A stretch of DNA of 64,000 nt from Heterodontus francisci (Eukaryota), in NCBI RefSeq assembly GCF_036365525.1, contig NW_027140485.1:992001-1056000 (forward strand), written 5' to 3'. The position numbers and the translations under genes were made by a program. Below the pieces are notes generated by a model. That model made no database searches, had not been told where the DNA came from, and saw nothing but the letters and a program-made list of their open reading frames with translations. Position 1 is the first letter of the stretch, and each line of letters starts with the position of its first letter. Shown one piece after another: positions 24,501 to 34,929 of the stretch.

Positions 24501-26458
24501 TTTCCTTTTGAAATAATTGATTGTCTCCACTTCCACCATCCTCGTGGGTGGTGAGTTCCAGGTCATTACCATTCGCTGCATAAAAAGGTTCTTCCCCACA
24601 TCCCCCCCTGCAACTCTTTCCCAAAACCTTCAATCTATATCCTCTAGTCCTCATATGATCAGTTAATGGGAACAGTTTTTCCTTGTCTCACGTATCTAAG
24701 CCTGTCATAATCTTGTACGCCTGAATCTAATCTCCTCTTAATCTTCTTTGCTCCAAGGAGAACAACCTCAGCTTCTGCAACCTAACCTTGTAACTAAAAC
24801 CCCCCATCCCTGGACCCACTCTGGCAAATCTCCTCCGCACGCTGTCAAGGACGCTGTTCTCTCTAGGCTTGCTCTTGCTCTCACTCTCATATGTGATGCA
24901 GCACTGACCTTCCTGCTCCCCAACCTGTGTCTTTCACTCATCACATCTGGAACTGTCCCCATGGGATGAGAGACACAGCTGGATTAAATTCCATTCTTGT
25001 TCCAGTGAACTCTCCCTACTTATTAAAGAATTAAGCATTTCTGCCATGCTCTTTTCTGTCATCATCCCAAACAGGGACCAGAAATCGATTGGGAAATGAG
25101 TCTTTTGAGGCATTGCTTCAGCAGGTTTTCATAACTTCAATGGTTCTTTTTACAAACTGCCCCTCAGTGTTCAGAGATCCAGCCCACATTGATCTGTATC
25201 TGCAGACATTAGGTGTCATTTTAACACCCAGATGGGAACATGACAAAGTGAGCCATGTACTTGCCTGGGAGGGGCAGTGGTCAGTGGGGTAGTGGTTGCT
25301 GGGGCAGTGCACATTTGGGGCAGTGGTCATTTGGGGCAGTGGGCACTGGGGGTAGAGGGCACTGGGGGCAGTGGTCACTGGGGGGGGGGGGGGGTTGGCT
25401 GGGAAGTCAGTAGGCAGCAGCTGTTTAGCTAGAGGCTGCCACCAGGAACCCACAGGAACACAAGGGATGGGTTCTGGGAGGGAATCCCAGTCCAGGAACC
25501 TGAGACTTACCTTGCTGGCCTCTTCCGCCCTTGGAAGCTGTTTCCAACAGGTTTGGCCCAGTAGTGAAGCTAAAACTGCTTCCCCACCTGGACCTCATGT
25601 ACCAAAGGCACCATCGGAGACACATCGGCATTTTCAATGCGCATCCTTATGCCTGCAGCTCAAAAATTACACTCGGCCAGACTGGGGTAAGTCTGTACTC
25701 TAACTGACCCCACCCAGTGGTCTCTGCCAGGTAATGGGAGTTAAAATAGACCCCGCGGTATTTGCCTTCCAATGGTGTCTAAAGAGCTTCATCCTCAGAG
25801 ATGTGAATCTGAAGGGACATTGGATTATCTTTCAGATCAAAATCTGACCAACAATCAACCAGTACCAGCTGCTTCTGCCGCTGTGGTAAGTGAATGGATC
25901 AGGATACAGTCCATTATCAATGCATAAAATGATATAATTAATATAATAATAAATGATTTCTATCAATTTATCAGTAATATCGTAGCAATGGTAATGGCTT
26001 TGTAGAAAAAATCACTACATTGGTATATTTTGTAATATATAATATTCATCCAGTTAGATTAATCTTTTAGTTACAGTGATCAATTACTCATAGTAATAAT
26101 TAACATGAAGATACAAAGTGATCATTCACTTACATTAATAATTCAGTAACAGATCATTCACTTACAGTAATTAACTTGAAGTGAGCCATCATTTCCAGTG
26201 AGTGTTCATTTAATGTAATTATCTGAAGTGTTAATTCACTTAAGGTGAAGTTCACTTACAGTAATAACTCATTAAAAGTGATTATTTGCATACTTTCCAA
26301 ATCAAATGTAACAGTGAAATTCCATATCTGATATTTTGTTCCAGTCAGATGACGATCAAATCCATTATGCTGAACTTCAACTGGGACGAGGCACGAACTG
26401 TCCACCAGTGACTCTTACTGAAACGATCACTGAATATGCTGCAGTGAAACACACATAA
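12181..26458 (+). CDS. Spliced gene (5' incomplete): VJ-type Ig-superfamily inhibitory receptor, V-TM-cytoplasmic tail with ITIM and ITSM
   Basis: Five GT-AG exons with matching phases 1|1, 1|2, 2|1, 1|0, 0|stop give an open frame of ~227 aa: xVPVLIQSP...YYCKVWGDISGNGTQIIVT-KAWTPDLFPIILGSLLGFLLLLVITVIILLYVKQWLCCTNTSTQNR-VTDEDTGNVYATVN-DQNLTNNQPVPAASAAV-SDDDQIHYAELQLGRGTNCPPVTLTETITEYAAVKHT*. Confidence 0.85.
12923..13058 (+). CDS. Exon: short stalk, transmembrane helix and juxtamembrane segment
   Basis: Acceptor gatattttacAG and donor AG|GTAAAT, phase 1-2. In frame with the V exon it encodes KAWTPD-LFPIILGSLLGFLLLLVITVIILLYV-KQWLCCTNTSTQN, with a 26-aa uncharged hydrophobic run. Confidence 0.9.
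13768..14998. repeat. 22-bp purine-rich minisatellite (GTAGAGATGGCAGAAGGAGTGA)n, about 55 copies, intronic
   Basis: Direct inspection. The 22-aa period of the minus-strand ORFs equals three units. Confidence 0.97.
14999..15345 (-). mobile_element. CR1 RT fragment abutting the minisatellite
   Basis: ORF 15073-15321 (GVPQGSVLG, YINDL, KFADDTK) continues to MEFNPEKCE and then runs into the repeat. Confidence 0.85.
15390..15870 (-). mobile_element. Old diverged RT fragment of the 3825-7728 LINE family
   Basis: ORF 15471-15815: GIPQGWVLCPVIFSCFFNDLPSIIRS. Confidence 0.75.
17364..18264. mobile_element. Solo LTR (901 bp), probably Ty3/Gypsy-like
   Basis: Begins TGTTACG and ends CATAACA (TG...CA with short inverted ends). 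It cleanly interrupts the CR1 reading frame and is non-coding. The TSD is imperfect (GGTA vs GTCA). Confidence 0.7.
18662..22956 (-). mobile_element. Full-length young RTE-clade LINE (~4.3 kb), single APE-RT ORF with one frameshift near 21680
   Basis: Start ORF 21659-21874 (FASWNVRT, IAALQETRL) shifts into ORF 18712-21840 (LGDFNARVG, DTDHSLV, YRGISLLS, GVKQGCVLAP, LFADD, CSTCGRACHSRIGLYSH). 7-bp TSD ATGGATT at 18655-18661 and 22957-22963. About 1.1 kb of GC-rich 5' UTR. Confidence 0.95.
24108..24151 (+). CDS. Exon: cytoplasmic exon 1 (VTDEDTGNVYATVN)
   Basis: Acceptor attgtttAG and donor G|GTAAGC. 44 nt, phase 2-1, matching both neighbours. Acidic residues precede a YxxV motif. Confidence 0.8.
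24365..24840 (-). mobile_element. Degraded CR1 3' fragment
   Basis: Reverse-complement CR1 3' UTR (ccatttggcccatc) and ORF2 C-terminal remnants. Confidence 0.65.
25212..25754. mobile_element. Possible non-autonomous DNA transposon (MITE-like)
   Basis: Imperfect terminal inverted repeats: ggtgtcattttaacaccca versus the reverse complement ggggtctattttaactccca. A similar end occurs at ~31836. No clear TSD. Confidence 0.4.
25836..25885 (+). CDS. Exon: cytoplasmic exon 2 (DQNLTNNQPVPAASAAV)
   Basis: Acceptor ttatctttcAG and donor GTG|GTAAGT. 50 nt, phase 1-0, required to keep the last exon in frame. Confidence 0.8.
26345..26458 (+). CDS. Terminal coding exon with ITIM (IHYAEL) and ITSM (TEYAAV)
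   Basis: Acceptor attttgttccAG, phase 0. Encodes SDDDQIHYAELQLGRGTNCPPVTLTETITEYAAVKHT, stop TAA at 26456-26458. Confidence 0.88.
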   Translation, partial: SDDDQIHYAELQLGRGTNCPPVTLTETITEYAAVKHT

Positions 26459-26545
26459 CCACCTGAATATTTCTGTTAGCATTGCCAGAGGGAAGGGACT
26501 CCCTGAAACGTTTCATTCTCTAGTCCTTAGCAACATTAGAATGGA

Positions 26546-27724
26546 CTCAGACCCTCCACTCTGATATTACTGGACACTCAGACCCTCCGCACTCTGATAT
26601 TACCGGACACTCAGACCCTCCGCACCCTGATATTACTGGACACTCAGACCCTCCGCACCCTGATATTACCGGACACTCAGACCCTCCGCTCTCTGATATT
26701 ACCGGACACTCAGACCCTCCGCTCTCTGATATTACCGGACACTCAGACCCTCCGCACCCTGATATTACCGGACACTCAGACCCTCCGCACCCTGATATTA
26801 CCAGACACTCAGACCCTCCGCTCTCTGATATTACCGGACACTCAGACCCTCCGCTCTCTGATATTACCGGACACTCAGACCCTCCGCTCTCTGATATTAC
26901 CGGACACTCAGACCCTCCGCTCTCTGATATTACCGGACACTCAGACCCTCCGCACCCTGATATTACCGGACACTCAGACCCTCCGCACCCTGATATTACC
27001 GGACACTCAGACCCTCCGCACTTCGATATTACCGGACACTCGGACCCTCCGCACTTCGATATTACCGGACACTCGGACCCTCCGCACTTCGATATTACCG
27101 GACACTCAGACCCTCCGCACTTCGATATTACCGGACACTCGGACCCTCCGCACCCTGATATTACCGGACACTCGGACCCTCCGCTCTCTGATATTACCGG
27201 ACACTCAGACCCTCCGCTCTCTGATATTACCGGACACTCGGACCCTCCGCTCTCCGATATTACCGGACACTCGGACCCTCCGCTCTCCGATATTACCGGA
27301 CACTCGGACCCTCCGCTCTCCGATATTACCGGACACTCGGACCCTCCGCACTTCGATATTACCGGACACTCGGACCCTCCGCACTTCGATATTACCGGAC
27401 ACTCGGACCCTCCGCACTTCGATATTACCGGACACTCGGACCCTCCGCACTTCGATATTACCGGACACTCGGACCCTCCGCACTTCGATATTACCGGACA
27501 CTCGGACCCTCCGCACTTCGATATTACCGGACACTCGGACCCTCCGCACTTCGATATTACCGGACACTCGGACCCTCCGCACTTCGATATTACCGGACAC
27601 TCGGACCCTCCGCACTTCGATATTACCGGACACTCGGACCCTCCGCACTCCGATATTACCGGACACCCGGACCCTCCGCACTCCGATATTACTGAACACC
27701 CGGACCCTCCGCACTCCGATATAC
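26546..27724. repeat. 33-bp CpG-rich minisatellite (CACTCGGACCCTCCGCACTTCGATATTACCGGA)n, about 35 copies
   Basis: Direct inspection; 11-aa periodicity in the minus-strand ORFs. Confidence 0.97.
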
Positions 27725-28211
27725 TTAACAAATCCAAGGCTGTCACTATCCTAGTCCAGGTGGCCTTTACTCTGCACTAGCTCCAGTGGTACAGACAGCC
27801 CGTGACTCCTCTTCTCTTGTTTCTCCCTTTGTCATCTTCAGACCTGTGCACCAAGCCTCTCCAGGTCTGTCCTTTTATTCTTTGTAGCTGGTGACTCCTC
27901 CTATGCACTGATTGGTTGGTTCATACATATCACTGTTTTGATTGGTCCTGCCATTTCATTTGTCAGTGCTTCTGTTTGTACATTAATCACAATCACATGC
28001 ACAAAGCTATGTGTACAAACAGTCCATTATAACCTGAGGTCCATTAGGTTACACATTTCCAGCAAGACTTTTGTTACATTTTGATCATAACTTGTTACAT
28101 AGTTTTCAAAATGTGTTCTTTTCCTTGTGATTACCAAAGTGATCACAAAGTGATTCTGGATAACTCAAACTTTATGGGCAGCATTTGTTTCCAGTAAGAT
28201 ACACAGCTAAA

Positions 28212-29085
28212 CAAAAGATCTTGGAGCAGGAGTAGGCAATTCAGTCCCTCGAACCTGCTCCGCCATTCAATACGATCATGGCTGATCATCTAATTCAGTA
28301 CCCTTTTCCCGCTTTCTCCCCATATCATAAGAACATAAGAACTAGGAGCAGGAGTAGGCAGTTCAGTCCCTCGAACCTGCTCTGCCATTCAATACGATCA
28401 TGGCTGATCTCATCTCGGCCTCAACTCCACTTTCCTGCCCGTTCTCCATAACCCTTCAACCCATTACTAATTAAAAATCTGTCTATCTCCGCCTTGGATT
28501 TACTCAATGTCCCGGCATCCTCCGCACTCTAGGGTAGTGAATTCCACAGACTCATGACTCTTTGACAGAAGTAATTTCTCCTCATCTCTATTTTAAATCT
28601 GCTACCCCTTATCCTAAAACCATGACCTCTTGTTCTAGATTGCCGCACAAGAGGAAACATCCTCTCTACGTCTACTTTGTCAATCCCCTTAATCATCTTA
28701 TATACCTCTATTAGATTTCCTCTCATTCTTCTAAACTCTAGGGAGTAAAGGCCTAAACTGCTCAATCTCTCTTCATAAGACAAACCCCTCATCTCTGGAA
28801 TCAATCTAATGAACCTCCTCTGAACTGCCTCCAATTCAACTACATCCCTCCTCAAGTAAGGGGACCAAAACTGTACGCGTTACTCCAGGTGCGGTCTCAC
28901 TAAAGCCTTATACAGTTGCAGCATCTCTTCCCTATTTTTATACTCTATTCCTTTATCAATAAATGCCAAAATTCCATTTGCCTTCCTTCTTACCTGCTGC
29001 ACCTGCAAACTAGTTTTCTGTGATTCATGCACGAGGACACCCAGATCCCTCTGCACCGAAGCACTCTGAAGTTTCTCTTCATTTA
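28212..29085 (-). mobile_element. CR1 3' fragment with a second copy of the 3' UTR beside it
   Basis: ORFs 28529-28855 and 28880-29134 are CR1 ORF2 C-terminal sequence. The 3' UTR appears twice (~28220-28290 and ~28340-28410), separated by a (CATAAGAA)n tail. Confidence 0.85.
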
Positions 29086-29174
29086 CCAAAAGCTTATCCA
29101 AATATATATATATATGAAAGTACATAAAATTCATAATGCAAAAATAAACATAAAAAGGTCAGTAATTTACTATA

Positions 29175-30665
29175 TTGGTCACTGGGGTGAGGAGGTTGTC
29201 CTGTGATGAGAGGCTGAGTAAATTTGGCCTATATGCTGTGCAGTTTAGAAGAATGAGAGGTGATCTCATTGAGACATACAAGATTCTGAAAGGGCTTGAT
29301 AGGGTAGACACTGAGAGATTGTTTCTGCTGGTCGGGGAATCTAGGACACAGGGACAGTCTCAGGATAAGGGGACGATCATTTAGAACTGAGATGAGGAGA
29401 AATTACTTCACTCAAAGGGTTGTGAATCTTTGGAATTCTCTACCCCAGAGGGTTGTGGATGTTCCATCATTGAATACATTTAAGGCTGGGATAGATTTTT
29501 GGTTTCGCAGGTAATTAAGGGATTTGAGGAGCTGGCAGGAAAGTGAAATTGAAGCACAAGATCAGCCATGATCGTATTGAATGGCGGAGCAGCCTCGATG
29601 GGCCATATGGTCTACTTCTGCTCCTAGATGTAACGAGTGGTGTGCCACAGGGATCAGTGCTGGGGCCTCAACTTTTTACAATTTATATAAATGACTTGGA
29701 TGAAGGGACTGAAGGTATGTTTGCTAAATTTGTTGATGACACAAAGATAGGTAGGAAAGTAAGTTGTGAAGAGGACATAAGGAGGCTACAAAGGGATATA
29801 GATAGGTTAAGTGAGTGGGCAAAGACCTGGCAAATGGAGTATAATGTGGGAAAGTGTGAAATTGTCCACTTTGGCAGGAAGAATAAAAAAGAAGCATTTT
29901 ATCTAAATGGTGAGAGATTGCAGAGCTCTGAGATGCAGAAGGATCTGGGTGTCCTAGTGCATGAATCACAAAAGGTTAGTATGCAGGTACAGCATGTAAT
30001 TAGGAAAGCTAATAGAATGTTATTGTTTATTGTGAGGGGAATTTAATACAAAAGTAGGGAGGTTATGCTTCAGTTATACAGGGCATTGGTGAGACCACAT
30101 CTGGAATACTGTGTACAGTATTGGTCTCCTTTTTTAATGAAGGATGTAAATGCATTGGAGGCAGTACAGAGAAGGTTTACTAGACTAATACCTGGAATGG
30201 GCAGGCTGTCTTATGAGGAAAGGTTGGACAGTGTAGGCTTGTATCCACTGGAGTTTAGAAGAGTAAGAGGCGACTTGATTGAAACATATAAGATTCTGAG
30301 GGGTCTTGACAGGGTGGATGTGGAAAGGATGTTTCCCCTTGTGGGAGAATCTAGAACTAGGGGTCACTGTTTAAAAATAAGGAGTCGCCCATTTAAGACA
30401 GAGATAAGGAGAAATTTTTCTCTCAGAGGGTCGTGAGTCTTTGGAATTCTCTTCCTCAAAAGGTGGTGGAAGCAGAGTCTTTGAATATTGTTAAGGCAGA
30501 GGCAGATAGATTCTTGATAAGCAAGGGGATGAAAGGTTGTCGGGGGTAGGTGGGAATGTGTAGTTAAGGTTACAATCAGATCAGCCATGGTCTTGTTGAA
30601 TAGCAGAGGAGGCTCGAGGGGCCGAGTGGCCTACTCCTGTCCCTAATTTGTCTGTTCATATGTAT
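29175..30665 (+). mobile_element. Two tandem 5'-truncated CR1 fragments (~29175-29625 and ~29626-30665)
   Basis: ORFs 29175-29384, 29543-30046 and 30065-30436 have CR1 RT and C-terminal motifs. Each piece ends in a CR1 3' UTR. Confidence 0.85.
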
Positions 30666-31274
30666 TTCTTGTGTTCTGGTGTTAACCCTTGCAAGCACCA
30701 ACTCCAAGACTGGCAGCAGGAAGGCCAGAACTGCTTAAAGTTATCCAACGTGGGTACTCATCAATGGAAGATCAGCAGCCTCCCAGCTCCCAAACTGTAA
30801 CCACTGGGGAATGACAGAGCATCAGAACACCGAGAGAAGCACGGAAGACAGAATGCTTTCCACAAGGTTAATTCATAACTATTTCTGTTAACAAATAGAT
30901 ACGAACGGATTCGAGTTATTGGCTAAATTTGTTTCATTCTGCATTTTAAATTTTATGCATGAGGTCATTGGGTTTCAATTTTCACAGAGAAACAGACTGA
31001 ATTACTGAAGCTAAACGTGACTTAAAATTCAGAAATTCAACATTATAAGACATTTAACTCAATTTGTTAAGCCTGAAGCAATGGTTTTGGTCCAAGTCCT
31101 TTACCCAGGGCTGTTTTATTGTTTGCTGTGACAGTTTGTATATGTCCATTTGGGGATGGGGTCTCATGATTTAATTATCATGGAAACTGGCCTGAAGTTA
31201 TTGCCCTCTTTAAGGAGGTTTGGTTTTGGGAGAGTCTGTGATGGTGCAAGGGTTGTTGGGAGATGGAGGGTCAG

Positions 31275-31421
31275 TTCCTCCAGGAGCAGCGTTGGTGACT
31301 GGGAATGTCGGTGATGGATCTGGGTTCCTCCAGGAGCAGCGTTGGTGACTGGGAATGTCGGTGATGGATCTGGGTTCCTCCAGGAGCAGCGTTGGTGACT
31401 GGGAATGCCGGTGATGGATCT
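31275..31421. repeat. 50-bp tandem repeat, about 3 copies
   Basis: caggagcagcgttggtgactgggaatg recurs at 31281, 31331 and 31381. Confidence 0.9.
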
Positions 31422-32009
31422 CAGGATGTCTACCTGACCTGCATTCCACCCTGAGTCATGTGCCAATTCCAAATAAAGCTTCAGGAAAGGAACTTGTTGG
31501 TATCTATTGAGCAGCTCTGTGATACACAGGAACTATTTCACCATCTGCGGTTCTGTACTTCCCTTAATTTTTGCAGATATTTATGGTAACACGAAGGGGA
31601 CTTTTTCTAATAACACATTTTTATTTTAAAATGCTGATCTGTGCTTTTGATCTGCCCAATCAAACTAAAAATAAATTCATCAGCGCTCTTTTGTAGCCCT
31701 GTAATAGCTGCACTCATGATTAACTGCATTACCAGCTGGCCTGCATTTATACTTCAAACCAGGGCCTGCTACTCCTGTGATACACAAAAATCAGTATATC
31801 TATCTGTACCAGTCCATTATTGAATGTGGCTCCTTGGGGTCATATTTAACCCCCAGTGGGTTTCAGGTGGATACAGGGTGAGTGTGAAACATACATATGA
31901 GGCCCAGGATGTTTCAACATCTAGCTTCCAGTTGAATGTATCTAAGCTGATAGGCTTGACTACTCCTTGTGGAAGTGTGTTCCAATTTCTCCCTACTCTC
32001 TGGGTAATA

Positions 32010-32560
32010 TAGGAACAGGAGGAAGCCATTCAGCTCCTTGATCCTGTTCTCCTGTTCAATTAGATCATGGCTGGTCTGTGTGTTGACTCCATTTATTCAC
32101 CTTTGCTTCATATCCCTTAATCCCCTTACCCAACAAAAATCTATCAATCTCAGTCTTGAAAATTTCAACTGACCTCCAGCATTCAGAGAATTTTTAGGGG
32201 AGAGAATTCCAGATTTCCACCACCACCCTTTGTGTGATGAAGTGTTTCCTGATTTCACTCCTAGCTCTCACTTTAAGATTGTGTTCCCTGTTCAGGACAT
32301 CCTTCACTGGAGGAAATAATTTCTCTCTATCTATCCAATCGAGTCCTTGAATCATTTTAAACAGCTCGATTAGAGTGCCCCTCAAGTTTCTATGCTCAGG
32401 AGAATACAAGCCAAGTCTGTGCAACCTGCCTTAATAATGTAACCCTTTCAGTCCCGTTCTCATTCTGCTGATTCTGTGCTGCACCCCTCCAAGGCCAATC
32501 TATCCTTCCTGAGGCGTGAGGCCCAGAAATGAAGACAGTGACTCTGGACACTACTCTGAG
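32010..32560 (-). mobile_element. Degraded CR1 3' fragment
   Basis: ORF 32194-32424 (RLGLYS, RKHFITQRVV, WNSLP) and the reverse-complement 3' UTR. Confidence 0.75.
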
Positions 32561-32747
32561 CTTCATACAGTTCAATGTGGAGAAATGGGAAGTCATCTAC
32601 TTTGCATCTCAGAAAAACAAATTGTAATATTTTCTTAACAGTGGGAAACGTGTCCATTTCACTGCAGAGGAAAAAGACAGGAGAGTATTGATAGTGGGAG
32701 GCTAAAATTAAATCAAGGTGGAACTTGCTAGATTTAGTAATGAAAGT

Positions 32748-34202
32748 TTCTTTTGGGCCTCCTTATCTCGAGAGACAATGGATACGCGCCTGGAGGTGGT
32801 CAGTGGTTTGTGAAGCAGCGCCTGGAGTGGCTATAAAGGCCAATTCTGGAGTGACAGGCTCTTCCACAGGTGCTGCAGAGAAATTTGTTTGTTGGGGCTG
32901 TTGCACAGTTGGCTCTCCCCTTGCGCCTCTGTCTTTTTTCCTGCCAACTACTAAGTCTCTTCGACTCGCCACAATTTAGCCCTGTCTTTATGGCTGCCCG
33001 CCAGCTCTGGCGAATGCTGGCAACTGACTCCCACGACTTGTGATCAATGTCACACGATTTCATGTCACGTTTGCAGACGTCTTTATAACGGAGACATGGA
33101 CGGCCGGTGGGTCTGATACCAGTGGCGAGCTCGCTGTACAATGTGTCTTTGGGGATCCTGCCATCTTCCATGCGGCTCACATGGCCAAGCCATCTCAAGC
33201 GCCGCTGACTCAGTAGTGTGTATAAGCTGGGGGTGTTGGCCGCTTCAAGGACTTCTGTGTTGGAGATATAGTCCTGCCACCTGATGCCAAGTATTCTCCG
33301 AAGGCAGCGAAGATGGAATGAATTGAGACGTCGCTCTTGGCTGGCATACGTTGTCCAGGCCTCGCTGCCGTAGAGCAAGGTACTGAGGACACAGGCCTGA
33401 TACACTCGGACTTTTGTGTTCCGTGTCAGTGCGCCATTTTCCCACACTCTCTTGGCCAGTCTGGACATAGCAGTGGAAGCCTTACCCATGCGCTTGTTGA
33501 TTTCTGCATCTAGAGACAGGTTACTGGTGATAGTTGAGCCTAGGTAGGTGAACTCTTGAACCACTTCCAGAGCGTGGTCGCCAATATTGATGGATGGAGC
33601 ATTTCTGACATCCTGCCCCATGATGTTCGTTTTCTTGAGGCTGATGGTTAGGCCAAATTCATTGCAGGCAGACGCAAACCTGTCGATGAGACTCTGCAGG
33701 CATTCTTCAGTGTGAGATGTTAAAGCAGCATCGTCAGCAAAGAGGAGTTCTCTGATGAGGACTTTCCGTACTTTGGACTTCGCTCTTAGACGGGCAAGGT
33801 TGAACAACCTGCCCCCTGATCTTGTGTGGAGGAAAATTCCTTCTTCAGAGGATTTGAACGCATGTGAAAGCAGCAGGGAGAAGAAAATCCCAAAAAGTGT
33901 GGGTGCGAGAACACAGCCCTGTTTCACACCACTCAGGATAGGAAAGGGCTCTGATGAGGAGCCACCATGTTGAATTGTGCCTTTCATATTGTCATGGAAT
34001 GAGGTGATGATACTTAGTAGCTTTGGTGGACATCCGATCTTTTCTAGTAGTCTGAAGAGACCACGTCTGCTGACGAGGTCAAAGGCTTTGGTGAGATCAA
34101 TGAAAGCAATGTAGAGGGGCATCTGTTGTTCACGGCATTTCTCCTGTATCTGACGAAGGGAGAATAGCATGTCAATAGTCGATCTCTCTGCACGAAAGCC
34201 AC
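32748..34202 (-). mobile_element. 5'-truncated copy of the young RTE LINE
   Basis: Nearly identical to 18662-20108. ORF 32800-34170 is uninterrupted. AAAGT flanks both ends (32743-32747 and 34203-34207). Confidence 0.95.
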
Positions 34203-34360
34203 AAAGTACAAAAATGAAATAAGAGATAGCATCAAGTTAAACAAAAACACAAATTCAAGGAAATGAGGAAATGCAGCAGATTGGGAAAAACTCTAAAAGC
34301 AACAAGGAGATCGGAAGAAAGGAATGAATGATACAAAAGTTTTAAAATAAAAAAATCACA

Positions 34361-34570
34361 AAATGCTGGAAATACTCAGCAGTTCTGGCAGCATCTGTGA
34401 AGAGAGAGAAACAGAGTTAATGTTTCGAGTCATTCTGATGAAGGGTCACAGACCTGAAACTTTAACTCTGTTTCTCTTTCCACAGACCTGTCAGCTGCCA
34501 GACTTGCTGAGTGTTTCCAGCATTTCTTGTTTTTACTTCAGATTTCCAGCATCTGCAGTATTTTGCTTTT
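34361..34570 (+). mobile_element. Penelope-like-element-derived palindrome with a minimal hammerhead ribozyme core
   Basis: Inverted arms of ~65-70 bp (aaatgctggaaatactcagc...acagagttaa / ttaactctgt...gctgagtgtttccagcattt) flank CTGATGA-agggtcacagacct-GAAAC at 34435-34460. Confidence 0.7.
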
Positions 34571-34929
34571 ATAATAGTTTTTATCAATATGTTACAGGGA
34601 AACAGGAATCCAGTAAAGAGAGATGTATCTGTTACTCATTGCAAAGGGACTTAGACAGGCTAGGTTCCAATTTATCCTTTAACAAATAGCGCATCAGGTG
34701 TGTAGAATGTAACACACGTGTTTAAAACACATTTAGGATTGGTGTGCTGTACTGAGAGGGCGGAGTCTCCCACTGCCACCAGAAGTATTCTCATTCCTTC
34801 CTCTGTTCATACCGCACAAACCGTGTGTCGTAAGGAGAAAACGGAAGGTGTTCAGTAAATTAGCCGTGATCCATCCAGGGAGTGAGGCAACAGCACAAAA
34901 CAGGGCGAGGCCTCCCACCTGGTTGAAAT

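Noticed and set aside
12181-26458. Assigning the symbol PDCD1, SIRPA or NITR
   Set aside because: The architecture is similar, but orthology cannot be shown by eye. The V domain looks closer to IgL/TCR V regions.
26547-27746. 399-aa GGSECPVISKC repeat ORF resembling a Cys-rich protein
   Set aside because: It is the translation of a 33-bp minisatellite, antisense to the receptor 3' region. Variation follows CpG decay rather than codon constraint.
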